DNA of 64,000 nt from Eledone cirrhosa (taxonomy: Eukaryota): assembly GCA_964016885.1 (NCBI GenBank), contig OZ024764.1:17484001-17548000 (forward strand). The letters run 5' to 3'. Each line of letters starts with the position of its first letter. The first letter of the stretch is position 1. Of this stretch, positions 13,141 to 28,340 are shown piece by piece. Below the pieces are notes generated by a model, which saw only the letters and a list, made by a program, of their open reading frames with translations, made no database searches and was not told where the DNA came from. The position numbers and the translations under genes were made by a program.

Positions 13141-15660
13141 TTTCATTTGAATTAAAGAGTTTACTGCATTTAGAAGCCATTTCTGTATTAAATATGGCAT
13201 ATACGTTACTATTTTATTCAAATTAAAGGGTTTACTGCATTTAGAAGCCATTTCTGGATTAAATTTTGCATATATACTATAAATACCCTCATATTAATGA
13301 GTATTAGTGTTGTAGAAGCCATTTCTGTATTAAATATTGCATATACACCACTATTTCCATCGCATGAAAGAGTTCTCTTCATTTAGAAGCTATTTCTGTA
13401 CTAAATATGGCATATACTGTACTAATACACTTCATATTAATGAGTTTTAGTCCTGTAGAGGCTATTTCTGTATTACATATTGCATATACGCTACTATTTG
13501 ATTCAAATTAAAGAGTTTACTGCATTTACTAGCCATTTTTGTATTAAATATGGCATATATTATACTAATACACCTCATATTAATGAGTTTTAGTCCTGTA
13601 GAAGCCATTTCTGTATTAAATATTGCATATACGCTACTATTTGCTTCAAATTAAAGAGTTTACTGCATATACAAGCATTTCTGTATTAAATATGGCATAT
13701 ACTAATACACCTCATATTAATGAGTTTTAGTCCTGTAGAAGTCATTTCTCTATTAAATATGGCATAAAATCTACTAATATCCCTCATATTAATGACTTTT
13801 AGTCTTGTAGAAGGCATTTCTCTATTAAATATTGCACATAAACCACTATTTCCATCGAATTAAAGAGTTCTTTTCATTTAGAAGCCATTTCTGTATTAAA
13901 TATGGCATATAATCTACTAATACGCATCATATTCATTAATTTAATCCTGTAGAAGCCATTTCTGTATCAAATATTGCATATACGCTACTATTTGATTCAA
14001 ATTAAAGGTGTTACTGCATTTAGAAGCCATTTCTGTATTATATATGGCATATACGCTACTATTTGATTCAAATTAAAGGTGTTACTGCATTTAGAAGCCA
14101 TTTCTGTATTAAATTTGGCATATACACCACTATTTCCATCGAATGAAAGAGTTCTCTTTATTTAGAAGCCATTTCTGTACTAAATATGGTATATAATGTA
14201 CTAATACCACTCATATTGATGAGTTTTAGTCCTGTAGAAGCCATTTCTGTATTAAATATTGCATATACGCTACTATTTGATTCGAATTAAAGAGTTTGCT
14301 GCATTTAGAAGCCATTTCTGTACTAAATATGGCATATAATGTAATAATACACCTCATATTAATGAGTTTTAGTCCTGTAGAAGCCATTTCTGTATTAAAT
14401 ATTGCATATACACCACTATTTCCATCGAATTAAAAAGTTCTCTTCATTTAGAACCTATTTCTGTATTAAATATGGCATATAATCTACTAATATCCCCCAT
14501 ATTAATGAGTTTTAGTCCTGTAGAAGCCATTTCTGTATTAAATATTGCATATACGCTACTATTTGATTCGAATTAAAGAGTTTGCTGCATTTAGAAGCCA
14601 TTTCTGTACTAAATATGGCATATAATGTAATAATACACCTCATATTAATGAGTTTTAGTCCTGTAGAAGCCATTTCTGTATTAAATATTGCATATACACC
14701 ACTATTTCCATCGAATTAAAAAGTTCTCTTCATTTAGAAGCTATTTCTGTATTAAATATGGCATATAATCTACTAATATCTCCCATATTAATGAGTTTTA
14801 GTCCTGTAGAAGCCATTTCTGTATTAAATATTGCATATACGCTACTATTTGATTCGAATTAAAGAGTTTGCTGCATTTAGAAGCCATTTCTGTACTAAAT
14901 ATGGCATATAATGTAGTAATACACCTCATATTAATGAGTTTTAGTCCTGTAGAAGCCATTTCTGTATTAAATATTGCATATACACCACTATTTCCATCGA
15001 ATTAAAAAGTTCTCTTCATTTAGAAGCTATTTCTGTATTAAATATGGCATATAATCTACTAATATCCCCCATATTAATGAGTTTTAGTCCTGTAGAAGCC
15101 ATTTCTGTATTAAATATTGCATATATGCTACTATTTGATTCGAATTAAAGAGTTTACTGCATTTAGAAGCCATTTCTGTACTAAAGATGTCATATAATGT
15201 ACTAATACACATATTAATGAGTTTTAGTCCTGTAGAATCAATTTCTGTATTAAATATTGCATATACACCACTATAATCTACTAATACGCGTCATATTCAT
15301 TAATTTAATCCTGTAGAAGCCATTTCTGTATTAAATATTGCATATATACTACTATTTGATTCAAATTATAGAGTTTACTGCATTTAGAAGCCATTTCTGT
15401 ACTAAATATGGCATATAATGTAATAATACACCTCATATTAATGAGTTTTAGTCCTGTAGAAGCCATTTCTGTATTAAATATTGCATATATACTACTATTT
15501 GATGCCAATTAAAGAGTTCTAGTCCTTTAGAATCCATTTCTATGTTAAATACACTATATACTCTACCATTTCCTTGGAATAATTGAGTTTTAATCATGTA
15601 GAAGCTTTTTCTATATTAAATACTGGATATATTCTATTTCCTTCGAATTAAACAGTTTTT
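13141..15660. repeat. Diverged 71/72-bp satellite of the same family as 1-11147, including a 286-bp tetrameric higher-order repeat
   Basis: Shares the core TAGAAGCCATTTCTGTATTAAATAT(G/T)GCATAT. Marker GATTCGAATT occurs at 14279, 14565, 14851 and 15137 (period 286). Monomers decay toward ~15660. Confidence 0.93.
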
Positions 15661-15730
15661 AATATAGAAATGCCTTCTCCAGAATTCTTTGTATCTATAT
15701 ATAAATATAGATGTATCTCTCTATATATAT

Positions 15731-15975
15731 ATCATCATCATCATCATCATCATAATCTTCGTTTAACGTCCATTTTCCACGCTAGCATGGGTTAGAAGGG
15801 AGTTGTCCCACTTGCGGCAAGGTTGCTCGGGTGACCCGGTATCGCTCATATAGGACTGTCTGGCAGGTTTTCTATGGCTGGATGCCCTTCCTAACACCAA
15901 CCACATTTACAGTGTGGAACTGGGAACTTTTTATCATGTTACCTACACGGCTACATTACAGCGTGGACTGTGTTT
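15731..15975 (-). mobile_element. RTE-family LINE 3' UTR fragment with (GAT)n tail
   Basis: (ATC)n then GTTTAACGTCCATTTTCCACGCTAGCATGGGTTAGA...GGATGCCCTTCCTAACACCAAC, homologous to the reverse complement of the 3' UTR of the RTE LINE at 53290-53588. Confidence 0.8.
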
Positions 15976-16112
15976 TTTCTCGTGACACCTACATGATCTC
16001 GATCTCGATCTCGATCTCATTTATCTCATTTATTTGGACTGGATGTTGTGGTACCAACTTTATAGAGAGAGGGTGGTGTTGGTGGGAGTGGGGAGGATAG
16101 GGTAGGGGTAGT

Positions 16113-16148
<36 letters not shown>

Positions 16149-16221
16149 CAAAAGAAATCTTACTTAGAATAAGTTCCAACAACACAGATTCTTATTTTTA
16201 ATAAAATTTTATTAATTCTTT

Positions 16222-16527
16222 TCAGGGGTCCAACATCTGATAAGCTGTCCTTCAGGGGTACAACATCTTATAAACTGTCCTTCAGGGGTACAACATCTTA
16301 TAAACTGTCCTTCAGGGGTACAACATCTTATAAACTGTCCTTCAGGGGTACAACATCTTATAAACTGTCCTTCAGGGGTACAACATCTTATAAACTGTCC
16401 TTCAGGGGTACAACATCTTATAAACTGTCCTTCAGGGGTACAACATCTTATAAACTGTCCCTTCAGGGGTACAACATCTTATAAACTGTCCTTCAGGGGT
16501 ACAACATCTTGAAAGCTGTCCTTCAGA
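16222..16527. repeat. 30-bp minisatellite (~10 copies)
   Basis: Unit TTCAGGGGTACAACATCTTATAAACTGTCC repeated almost perfectly. Confidence 0.95.
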
Positions 16528-16728
16528 GGAAATCTCTCCTTCATCACATCAATCATCCTGAAATTATAAAGAAAATGTTTGATAATAAAGTTTCTTGTAA
16601 CAATATATATTATGTATGAATTGTGTTGTGTTTTATTATATATATATATATATACATATATATTATTGTTACAGTATATATATGTATATATATATATATA
16701 TATACATATATATTATTGTTACAGTATA

Positions 16729-16785
<57 letters not shown>

Positions 16786-16887
16786 AAACACAACACAATT
16801 CATACATAATATATGGAAGATGGACGTTAAACGATGATGATGATGATGATATATATATATATATATATATGTATATGTATATATGTT

Positions 16888-16955
<68 letters not shown>

Positions 16956-16958
<3 letters not shown>

Positions 16959-17541
16959 GCTGCCAACTCGTTTTTGAGTACGGCCACTACTTTATATCCA
17001 TGTAGGAGAACCCCTACCGATGCGCTGAACGAGTGTGACTTTTTAGTCCAGCCAGCGACTTGAAAACACTTGTGACAATTATTGACACATAGTGCTGGGC
17101 CCATGGTACCATGTGACGACAAGTGCAGAGAGATCTCCAGATATAAAGCAATGCCTGTGCCGTGAAGCTTTTATAGTGAGCAAAGGGACTGCACAAAGCC
17201 AGTCCCACTCTCTTAACCAAGATGATATTTACCAAAAAGAAGAATAAGTCAACATCATTGGATACCATCAGGGTTGCAGGTGTTATATCAGAGTTTTACT
17301 TCTCCTAGAATTCTGCCTTGACAAAGGCTAAGGGGTCATCTCTCCTGGTGATTTTGGATGACCATTGACTCTAAAGAGCTCCTTTGCCCTTTGACAGGTT
17401 TTGTTTTTAGTCCTGCAGGATGTCCAAAGTCACCCTCCTCACCAAGAAACCTTAGTGGGGTTGCCAGTTTAGTCGCCAACGACCCGACCATGAGACAGGT
17501 TGTACTGGGATACATGTTACCAGTAGCACCAACTGGTGACC
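16956..17541 (-). mobile_element. Non-autonomous retroelement with RTE-like leader (copy 1, longer)
   Basis: Near-identical to 49598-50048 and ends at the same point (...GAGTTGGCAGCCAC on minus). It has the CTAGGAGAAG(G/T)AAAACTCTG motif I recall from RTE 5' regions and is flanked by (TA)n/(ATGT)n. Confidence 0.7.
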
Positions 17542-17944
17542 ATACATACATACATACATATATATACATATATACATACATATATATATATATACATATA
17601 CATATGTGATAGTTATAGAGTATATTGTGTCTGTTATGTCTCACATCCCCTGTTTTATTCTTTTACACGAAACATTCCATATGTATCAATTTACTTACTA
17701 ATTATTCTGATATCCACCCATCCACCCCTCAAACACCCACCCCGCACCCTCAATTAACCCCACCCCATCCCCTTGCATTCCTAGGGTGATTTTCTCACCT
17801 TTCGTAAACACCCCAATCCACTCCCCCACCCTCTTCCACCCCCACACCTCCCCACCATTTACACCCAGCCATCCATTCACTTTATCAATCAATTTATCAG
17901 TTTTTTGTTAGTATTATTGTTGTTGTTGTTGTTGTTATTATTAT

Positions 17945-18360
17945 CACCATCACCACCACGACCACTACACCGCCATCAACAACACCACCACCACTACACC
18001 GCCATCAACAACACCACCACCACTACACCACCATCAACAATACCATCACCACTACACCACCACCACCACCATCAACAATACCATCACCACTACACCACCA
18101 CCAGCACCACCACCACCACCACTACACCACCATCAACAACACCACCACCACTACACCACCACTACGCCACCATCAACAACACCACCAACACTACACCACC
18201 ACTACACCACCATCAACAACACCACCACCACTACACCACCACCATCAACAATACCACCACCACTACACCACCATCAGCACCACCACTACACCACCACCAC
18301 TACACCACCACCACTACCACCACTACACCACCACCACCACAGCACCACCACCACCACTAT
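17945..18360. repeat. (CAC/CAA/TAC)n trinucleotide low-complexity tract
   Basis: Imperfect ACC/ACT/ACA triplet repeats. Confidence 0.9.
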
Positions 18361-18555
18361 CCTCTCCCATCTAACCCACTCAACCATGTCCTGCTATCAA
18401 TCCACCCAGTCAGTCATTGATCCATCTGTTTATTGATTTATCACCGAGCCAGTCATCCACCCACGCTTGCAGCCATCCCAATATACTGGAGCGCCATCTA
18501 CCCAAGTCAGATACACAGCTGTCTAACAGTCTGCTACCTGCCCACACACCCAGCC

Positions 18556-20420
18556 ATCCAGCCATCTACCCTGCCAGCTACCCACACAGACAACCAACCA
18601 CCCATCGAGCTACCCAGCCATCTACCCAGCCAGCTACCCACACAGACAACCAACCACCCATCGAGCTACCCAGCCATCTACCCAGCCAGCTACCCATACA
18701 GACAACCAACCACCCATCGAGCTACCCAGCCATCTACCCAGCCAGCTACCCATACAGACAACCAACCACCCATCGAGCTACCCAGCCATCTACCCAGCCA
18801 GCTACCCATACAGACAACCAACCACCCATCGAGCTACCCAGCCATCTACCCAGCCAGCTACCCATACAGACAACCAACCACCCATCGAGCTACCCAGCCA
18901 TCTACCCAGCCAGCTACTCACACAGACAACCAACCACCCATCGAGCTACCCAGCCATCTACCCAGCCAGCTACCCACACAGACAACCAACCACCCATCGA
19001 GCTACCCAGCCATCTACCCAGCCAGCTACCCACACAGACAACCAACCACCCATCGAGCTACCCAGCCATCTTCCGAGCCAGCTACCCACACAGACAACCA
19101 ACCACCCATCGAGCCACCCAGCCAGCTACCCACACAGACAACCAACCACCCATCGAGCTACCCAGCCATCTTCCGAGCCAGCTACCCACACAGACAACCA
19201 ACCACCCATCGAGCTACCCAGCCATCTTCCGAGCCAGCTACCCACACAGACAACCAACCACCCATCGAGCTACCCAGCCATCTTCCCAGCCAGCTACCCA
19301 CACAGACAACCAACCACCCATCGAGCCACCCAGCCATCTACCCAGCCAGCTACCCACACAGACAACCAACCACACATCGAGCTACCCAGCCATCTTCCCA
19401 GCCAGCTACCCACACAGACAACCAACCACCCATCGAGCTACCCAGCCAGCTACCCACACAGACAACCAACCACCCATCGAGCCATCCAGCCATCTTCCCA
19501 GCCAGCTACCCACACAGACAACCAACCACCCATCGAGCTACCCAGCCATCTTCCCAGCCAGCTACCCACACAGACAACCAACCACCCATCGAGCCACCCA
19601 GCCATCTACCCACACAGACAACCAACCACCCATCGAGCTACCCAGCCAGCCAGCCATCTACCCAGCCAACTACCCACACAGACAACCAACCACCCATCGA
19701 GCTACCCAGCCATCTACCCAGCCAGCTACCCACACAGACAACCAACCACCCATCGAGCTACCCAGCCATCTACCCAGCCAGCTACCCACACAGACAACCA
19801 ACCACCCATCGAGCTACCCAGCCATCTTCCCAGCCAGCTACCCACACAGACAACCAATCACACATCGAGCCACCCAGCCATCTACCCAGCCAGCTACCCA
19901 TACAGACAACCAACCAACCATCGAGCTACCCAGCCATCTACCCAGCCACCCATCGAGCTACCCAGCCATCTTCCCAGCCAGCTACCCACACAGACAACCA
20001 ACCACCCATCGAGCTACCCAGCCATCTTCCCAGCCAGCTACCCACACAGACAACCAACCACCCATCGAGCTACCCAGCCATCTTCCCAGCCAGCTACCCA
20101 CACAGACAACCAACCACCCATCGAGCTACCCAGCCATCTTCCCAGCCAGCTACCCACACAGACAACCAACCACCCATCGAGCTACCCAGCCATCTTCCCA
20201 GCCAGCTACCCACACAGACAACCAACCACCCATCGAGCTACCCAGCCATCTTCCCAGCCAGCTACCCACACAGACAACCAACCACCCATCGAGCTACCCA
20301 GCCATCTTCCCAGCCAGCTACCCACACAGACAACCAACCACCCATCGAGCCACCCAGCCATCTACCCAGCCAGCTACCCACACAGACAACCAACCACCCA
20401 TCGAGCTACCCAGCCAGCCA
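18556..20420. repeat. 56-bp C/A-rich minisatellite (~33 copies)
   Basis: Unit CATCGAGCTACCCAGCCATCTACCCAGCCAGCTACCCACACAGACAACCAACCACC, with TCTAC/TCTTC variants and some units lacking a 12-bp sub-repeat. Confidence 0.95.
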
Positions 20421-20712
20421 GTCAGATACACGTCCTACACACTCAGCCATCGATCTAGCAATGAATCTACCCAGCCCAGTCTCCCTTCTAATCAACCACC
20501 CTACCATCCAATCACCCCACCACCCCACATACACACACACACACACCATCCAGCCACATAAACATCCACTCAGCCATTCAACCAATCACCCCCCCCCCCC
20601 CCACCACCACCACCACCAATTTCATGCCACCCTCACTACACCGACCTTCCCTCCCACACCGTATCATATTACTGGCTACATCTTATAAATTGACTCCTCA
20701 TTTGTATAGAGT

Positions 20713-20848
20713 CAACAACAACAACAACAGCAACAACAGCAACAGCAACAACAATGACAACAACAACAACAGCAACAACAATGACAAGAACAATGACAAC
20801 AACAAGAGTAACAACAACAACAACAACAACAGCAACAACAACAACAGT

Positions 20849-20879
<31 letters not shown>

Positions 20880-20965
20880 ACAACAACAATGACAACAACA
20901 AGAGTAACAACAACAACAACAACAACAACGACAACAATGACAAGAACAATGACAAGAACAATACA
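20713..20965. repeat. (CAA)n-based microsatellite with internal duplication
   Basis: CAA/CAG/TGA triplets; AACAAGAGTAAC occurs twice. Confidence 0.9.
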
Positions 20966-21148
20966 AACTGATTGAGAAAATAATGAGAGGTGTGGTGAGA
21001 GGGGGTGGTAGGGGGGGGGGGGGGGATCCAGTTGACTGGCAACAGACAGAGCATGGTAATGTCAGCAGCTACCATAGTGGAGTTTGACACTGCTTATATA
21101 TATGTACATATATATATATCTATATATATATATAGATATATATATGTA

Positions 21149-21185
<37 letters not shown>

Positions 21186-21197
21186 TATATATATGTA

Positions 21198-21307
<110 letters not shown>

Positions 21308-21337
21308 GTACACACATATATATATATATGTACACAC

Positions 21338-21403
<66 letters not shown>

Positions 21404-21503
21404 TATATATATATATATATATAGATATATATAGATATATATGTACATATATATATATCTATATATATATAGATATATATATGTAATATGTATATATACA
21501 TAT

Positions 21504-21589
<86 letters not shown>

Positions 21590-21606
21590 CATATATATAT
21601 ATATGT

Positions 21607-21712
<106 letters not shown>

Positions 21713-21806
21713 TGCTATCTACCTACCTTTATATCTACAAACATGCACATGCATATATATATATATATGTATATATTGTATATATATAATATATATATTA
21801 TATATA

Positions 21807-21849
<43 letters not shown>

Positions 21850-21874
21850 AATATATATATAATATATATGTATA

Positions 21875-21911
<37 letters not shown>

Positions 21912-21967
21912 ATATAATATAATAATATATAATATATATATATGATATATCTATTATATATAATTTT

Positions 21968-22016
<49 letters not shown>

Positions 22017-22067
22017 ATATAATAATATATAATATATATATATGATATATCTATTATATATAATTTT

Positions 22068-22267
<200 letters not shown>

Positions 22268-22302
22268 GTTTATATATATATATGTATATATATATATATG
22301 TG

Positions 22303-22334
<32 letters not shown>

Positions 22335-22342
22335 TATGTGTG

Positions 22343-22437
<95 letters not shown>

Positions 22438-22454
22438 GTGTATATATATATATA

Positions 22455-22559
<105 letters not shown>

Positions 22560-22857
22560 ATTTGCTTCTGGAGTTACTGTTGCTTGCACATACACACCTC
22601 CACCACCACCACCACCCCACCCACTCTCCCTACTCCTGTCACATGGTCAATTATGTTTGACACCTGCATATTGGTCTACAAACATACCCCCACCCACCCC
22701 TCATCTCAACCCCTTCACTCCCCCCTCCACCCCCTCCTTCCTCTTCAGTCTTCTCTCTTTGTTGCTCTTTCAAATCCTTATTGCAGTAACCACACATATA
22801 CACAGATATATATATGTATATATATATGTATATATATATATACATATATATATATAT

Positions 22858-22922
<65 letters not shown>

Positions 22923-22951
22923 CATATATATATGTATATATATATATATAT

Positions 22952-22985
<34 letters not shown>

Positions 22986-22993
22986 ATTCACAC

Positions 22994-23026
<33 letters not shown>

Positions 23027-23149
23027 CATATATATATACATATATATATATATATGTATATATATACATATATATATACATATATATATATATGTATATA
23101 TATACATATATATATACATATATATACATATATATATATATACATATAT

Positions 23150-23512
<363 letters not shown>

Positions 23513-23528
23513 TATATATATGTATATA

Positions 23529-23635
<107 letters not shown>

Positions 23636-23666
23636 ATATATATATGTATATATATATGTATATATA

Positions 23667-23738
<72 letters not shown>

Positions 23739-23791
23739 CATATATATACATATATACATATATATATACATATATACATATATATATATAC

Positions 23792-23848
<57 letters not shown>

Positions 23849-23930
23849 CATATATATATACATATATATGTATATATATATATATACATATATATATACA
23901 CATATATATATACATATATATATACACATA

Positions 23931-23984
<54 letters not shown>

Positions 23985-23985
<1 letters not shown>

Positions 23986-24187
23986 CAAAGGAAGTGTGGT
24001 AAGGCACCAGGTGGACTATAACGCACTAGAGTACTCAATACTTAGGGTAGTAGAGTGGGAAATAGGAGAAAGTATGACCCCGACAGCAGAGCTCAAGCCG
24101 TTTCAACGGCTAATTCTGGACTAATCAGCCCAAAAATTACAGTCGAAACGGCTTGAGCTCTGCCACTGGGGTCATACTTTTTCCTAT
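23985..24187 (-). mobile_element. Penelope-like terminal fragment with fold-back inversion and partial hammerhead motif
   Basis: Inverted arms 24062-24115 and 24135-24187. Minus strand reads stem-GAAAC-GGC...GCT-GTC-GGGG. Homologous to 28139-28340. Confidence 0.65.
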
Positions 24188-24208
24188 ATATATATATATA
24201 TATATATT

Positions 24209-24304
<96 letters not shown>

Positions 24305-24593
24305 TATATATATACACACATATATATATATATATATATATACATATTTACATATATATATACATATTTACATATATATATACATATATATCTAAATTTA
24401 CATATATTTATGTATATTTACATATATATAAATATATATATGTATTTACATATATATATATATATATATATGTATATATGTGTATATGTATATATATATA
24501 TATGTATATATATGTATATGAATATATATATATGTATATGTATATATGTGTGTATATATCTAATTATGCATGTTCATATATATATATATATAT

Positions 24594-24624
<31 letters not shown>

Positions 24625-24837
24625 CATATATACATACATATATACATATATATACATACCCCCACACATACCCAAGAATGGGTATATAAATAAGTATGTA
24701 TAGCATGTATGTATATAAGCAAGTGTATATAAATTGGTTTTCTTTTTAATAAAGAAAAAGATAACTGAGAAATATTTCTATTATGACTTCTTTTGTGTAT
24801 ATAATGTGTTTATATATATATATAATGTATATATATG

Positions 24838-24870
<33 letters not shown>

Positions 24871-24890
24871 GTATATATATGTATCTATAA

Positions 24891-24998
<108 letters not shown>

Positions 24999-25074
24999 TG
25001 TGTATGTATATATGTATGTATATATATATATACACTCATTTGTGTATATAAGTATTTGATCATTAATCTTCAAC

Positions 25075-25107
<33 letters not shown>

Positions 25108-25109
25108 GC

Positions 25110-25142
<33 letters not shown>

Positions 25143-25709
25143 CATATATATACATACATATATATATATATATACATACATATATATATATATACATATA
25201 TATACATACATATATATATATATACATATATATATACATACATACATATATATATACATACCTATATATATACATACATACATATATATATACATACCTA
25301 TATATATACATACATATTTATATACATATATATATATATACATACATATATATATACATATATATACATATACATATATATATATATATACATATATATA
25401 CATATATATATATATACATACATATATATAAATATATATACACATATTTATATATATATATATATGTGTATATAAACATGCATACTTAGATATATACACA
25501 CACATATATATATATATATACACACTGGTTGTACGACCTTTTTCGTGTGACGTTTAGTCTCAATTCAATTGACCAGATCAATCACCCCCCCCCCCTCCCC
25601 TTTTATCACTCCACCACCACCACCACCCTCTACACCCCCCCCCCACATCTCTTCCCACCACCCTCCCCCTCACCACCACACGTCGCCGTTTGTCTCCCAT
25701 TACACACAC

Positions 25710-25821
25710 ACACACTCTGTTATACATACACACACACAGATATACACACACATACATATATATATATATATACAGACACACACACACACACACTCTGTTA
25801 TACATACATACACACACATAT

Positions 25822-25852
<31 letters not shown>

Positions 25853-25979
25853 CAGACACACACACACACACACACACTCTGTTATACATACATACACACA
25901 CATATACACACACATACATATATATATATATATACAGACACACACACACACACACTCTGTTATACATACATACACATAT

Positions 25980-26010
<31 letters not shown>

Positions 26011-26055
26011 CAGACACACACACACACACACTCTGTTATACATACACACACATAT

Positions 26056-26086
<31 letters not shown>

Positions 26087-26291
26087 CAGACACACACACA
26101 CACACACTCTGTTATACATACATACACACACATATACACACACACATATATATATATATATATACAGACACACACACACACACACTCTGTTATACATACA
26201 TACACACACATATACACACACATACATATATATATATATATACAGACACACACACACACACACTCTGTTATACATACATACACACACATAT

Positions 26292-26322
<31 letters not shown>

Positions 26323-26371
26323 CAGACACACACACACACACACTCTGTTATACATACATACACACACATAT

Positions 26372-26402
<31 letters not shown>

Positions 26403-26559
26403 CAGACACACACACACACACACACACTCTGTTATACATACATACACACACATATACACACACTCTCTCATACACAGACATACATATATATATATATATA
26501 TACACAGACACACACACTCTCTGTTATACATACATACACACACATATACATAAACATAC

Positions 26560-26560
<1 letters not shown>
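25710..26560. repeat. ~75-80-bp composite minisatellite assembled from microsatellite blocks
   Basis: Anchor CTCTGTTATACATAC recurs ~11 times, separated by (CA)n-(TA)n-CAGA-(CA)n. Confidence 0.88.
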
Positions 26561-26591
<31 letters not shown>

Positions 26592-27049
26592 TCCCCCCCC
26601 CCCCCCCATCCCAGTCATGTTTGCTCTGCGGCTCCCGTTAAAAAGTTTATACAACGTATTTGTTAACAGAAGCCAAATGGGATGTCTGCACCACCCCTCC
26701 ACCACACCACACCACACCACCCCTCCACAGCACCACACCACACCACACCACCCCTCCACAGCACCACACCACACCACACCACCCCTCCACAGCACCACAC
26801 CACCACCAAACCACCCTTCCACAGCACCACACCACACCACCCCTCCACAGCACCACACCACCACACCACCCCTCCACAGCACCACACCACCACCACACTA
26901 CTCCACACCACCATCTCCAACACACCACCACCAATACTAATATCAACATCAAATCACCACCACCACCACCACCACGTTACCACTACCACACAATAACCAC
27001 CAACATAGACCACCACTACCACTGCCACCACCATCACCCCCACACTACA

Positions 27050-27081
<32 letters not shown>

Positions 27082-27082
27082 C

Positions 27083-27141
<59 letters not shown>

Positions 27142-27220
27142 ATAGTGGTAGTAGTATGTAGCGAAATAAACAGTTATTTTCAAAGGGCATCACACATACA
27201 CACACACATATATATATTTA

Positions 27221-28139
27221 CTAGCAGTGGTACTCGGCGTTGCACGGGATAAGTTATTTTGGAACGCGGGCCGCCAACAGACCTAATCGTGGAAAAACTG
27301 CATGCCTGGACAATATGTAAAGAAAATAAACCGAATACTCCGATGGCTGGATAATCTTTAAGATTTTCTTCGATGAAGCAGGAAAAATGCAGGTTTTCAC
27401 CTAATGCGGGCCCTAGGGGATCAAGAAAATGAATTTTCTTTATGTGCATAATATGTCTTGAAATTTCGGGAAAATCAGCTAGACGTAACGCCTCAAAAAA
27501 GCCCTAAGAAGCTGAAAAAATGAAAATGTTCACCTAATGCGGGCCCTAGGCCATAAGAAAGTTGGATTTTCTTTGCTCACGGTATGAAGAAGAGACTGAC
27601 TAATACATAGTTACAATTTCAAGGAAATCGGTCTGACGTAACGCCTCAAAAAACCCCTAAAAAATCTTTTAAAACGCCTTTTTTCACCTAATGCGGGCCC
27701 TAGGGGATCAAAAAGTTGAATTTTATTTTATGTGCATAACACTCTCTGAAGCATAAGTAATACACATGTAAAGTTTTTAAAAAATCGGTTGGGTACTTCT
27801 CGAGTTTTAGGGATTCAAACTCACACACACACACACACATCCTCAGGGAAGTGACGTAATGCAGACAGCCAGACATTCAGACAGATATTACAAGGGCGCG
27901 ACGTTATATGTATGTATCTATCTAAAAAGAGTAAAAGACTAAGAATTATAGAGAGAGATCGCTAAATCGCCTAATGCGGTCCCTAGGGCATTGAAAAAAT
28001 TTGAATTTGAACACTCCCTGAAACATAAGTATTACATGTGTAAAGTTTGAAAACAGTCGGTTGGGTGGTTCTCGAGTTTTAGGGATTCGAACTCGCACAC
28101 ACACAGACAGACATCCTCAGTTTTATATATATATATAGA
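27221..28139 (-). mobile_element. Non-autonomous Helitron
   Basis: Minus strand has a 5' A|TC start (TCTATATAT...), a subterminal hairpin CCCGTGCAACGCCGAG and a 3' CTAG|T end, with no TSD. The internal motif CCTAATGCGG(G/T)CCCTAGG is repeated four times. Confidence 0.8.
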
Positions 28140-28340
28140 TAGGAAAAGAGTCAGGACCCCGCCGGCTGAGCTCCTGCCTTTTCGACAGCTAGATCTGGAC
28201 AGTTCGGATCTAGCTGTCGAAAAGGCAGGAGCTCAGCCGTCGGGGTCCTGACTCTTTCCCTATTACCCACTCTACTACTCTAAATATTGAGTACTCTGGT
28301 GGGTTATGGTCCACCTGGTTCCTTACCACACTTTAACTGA
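28139..28340 (+). mobile_element. Penelope-like terminal fragment with fold-back inversion and partial hammerhead motif
   Basis: Palindrome 28139-28263. Plus arm reads GACAG...CTGTC-GAAA-AGGC...GCC-GTC-GGGG, followed by tail ACTCTACTACTCTAAATATTGAGTAC and (TA)n. Confidence 0.65.

Noticed and set aside
1-15660. CRISPR-like repeat/spacer appearance (constant core plus variable segment)
   Set aside because: Variable segments are only two to four related alleles rather than unique spacers, there are no cas genes, and the context is eukaryotic.
18417-20688. 714- and 751-aa Pro/Thr/His-rich ORFs resembling mucin
   Set aside because: The unit is 56 bp (not a multiple of 3) and the T-poor strand lacks stops in several frames, so these are minisatellite artefacts.
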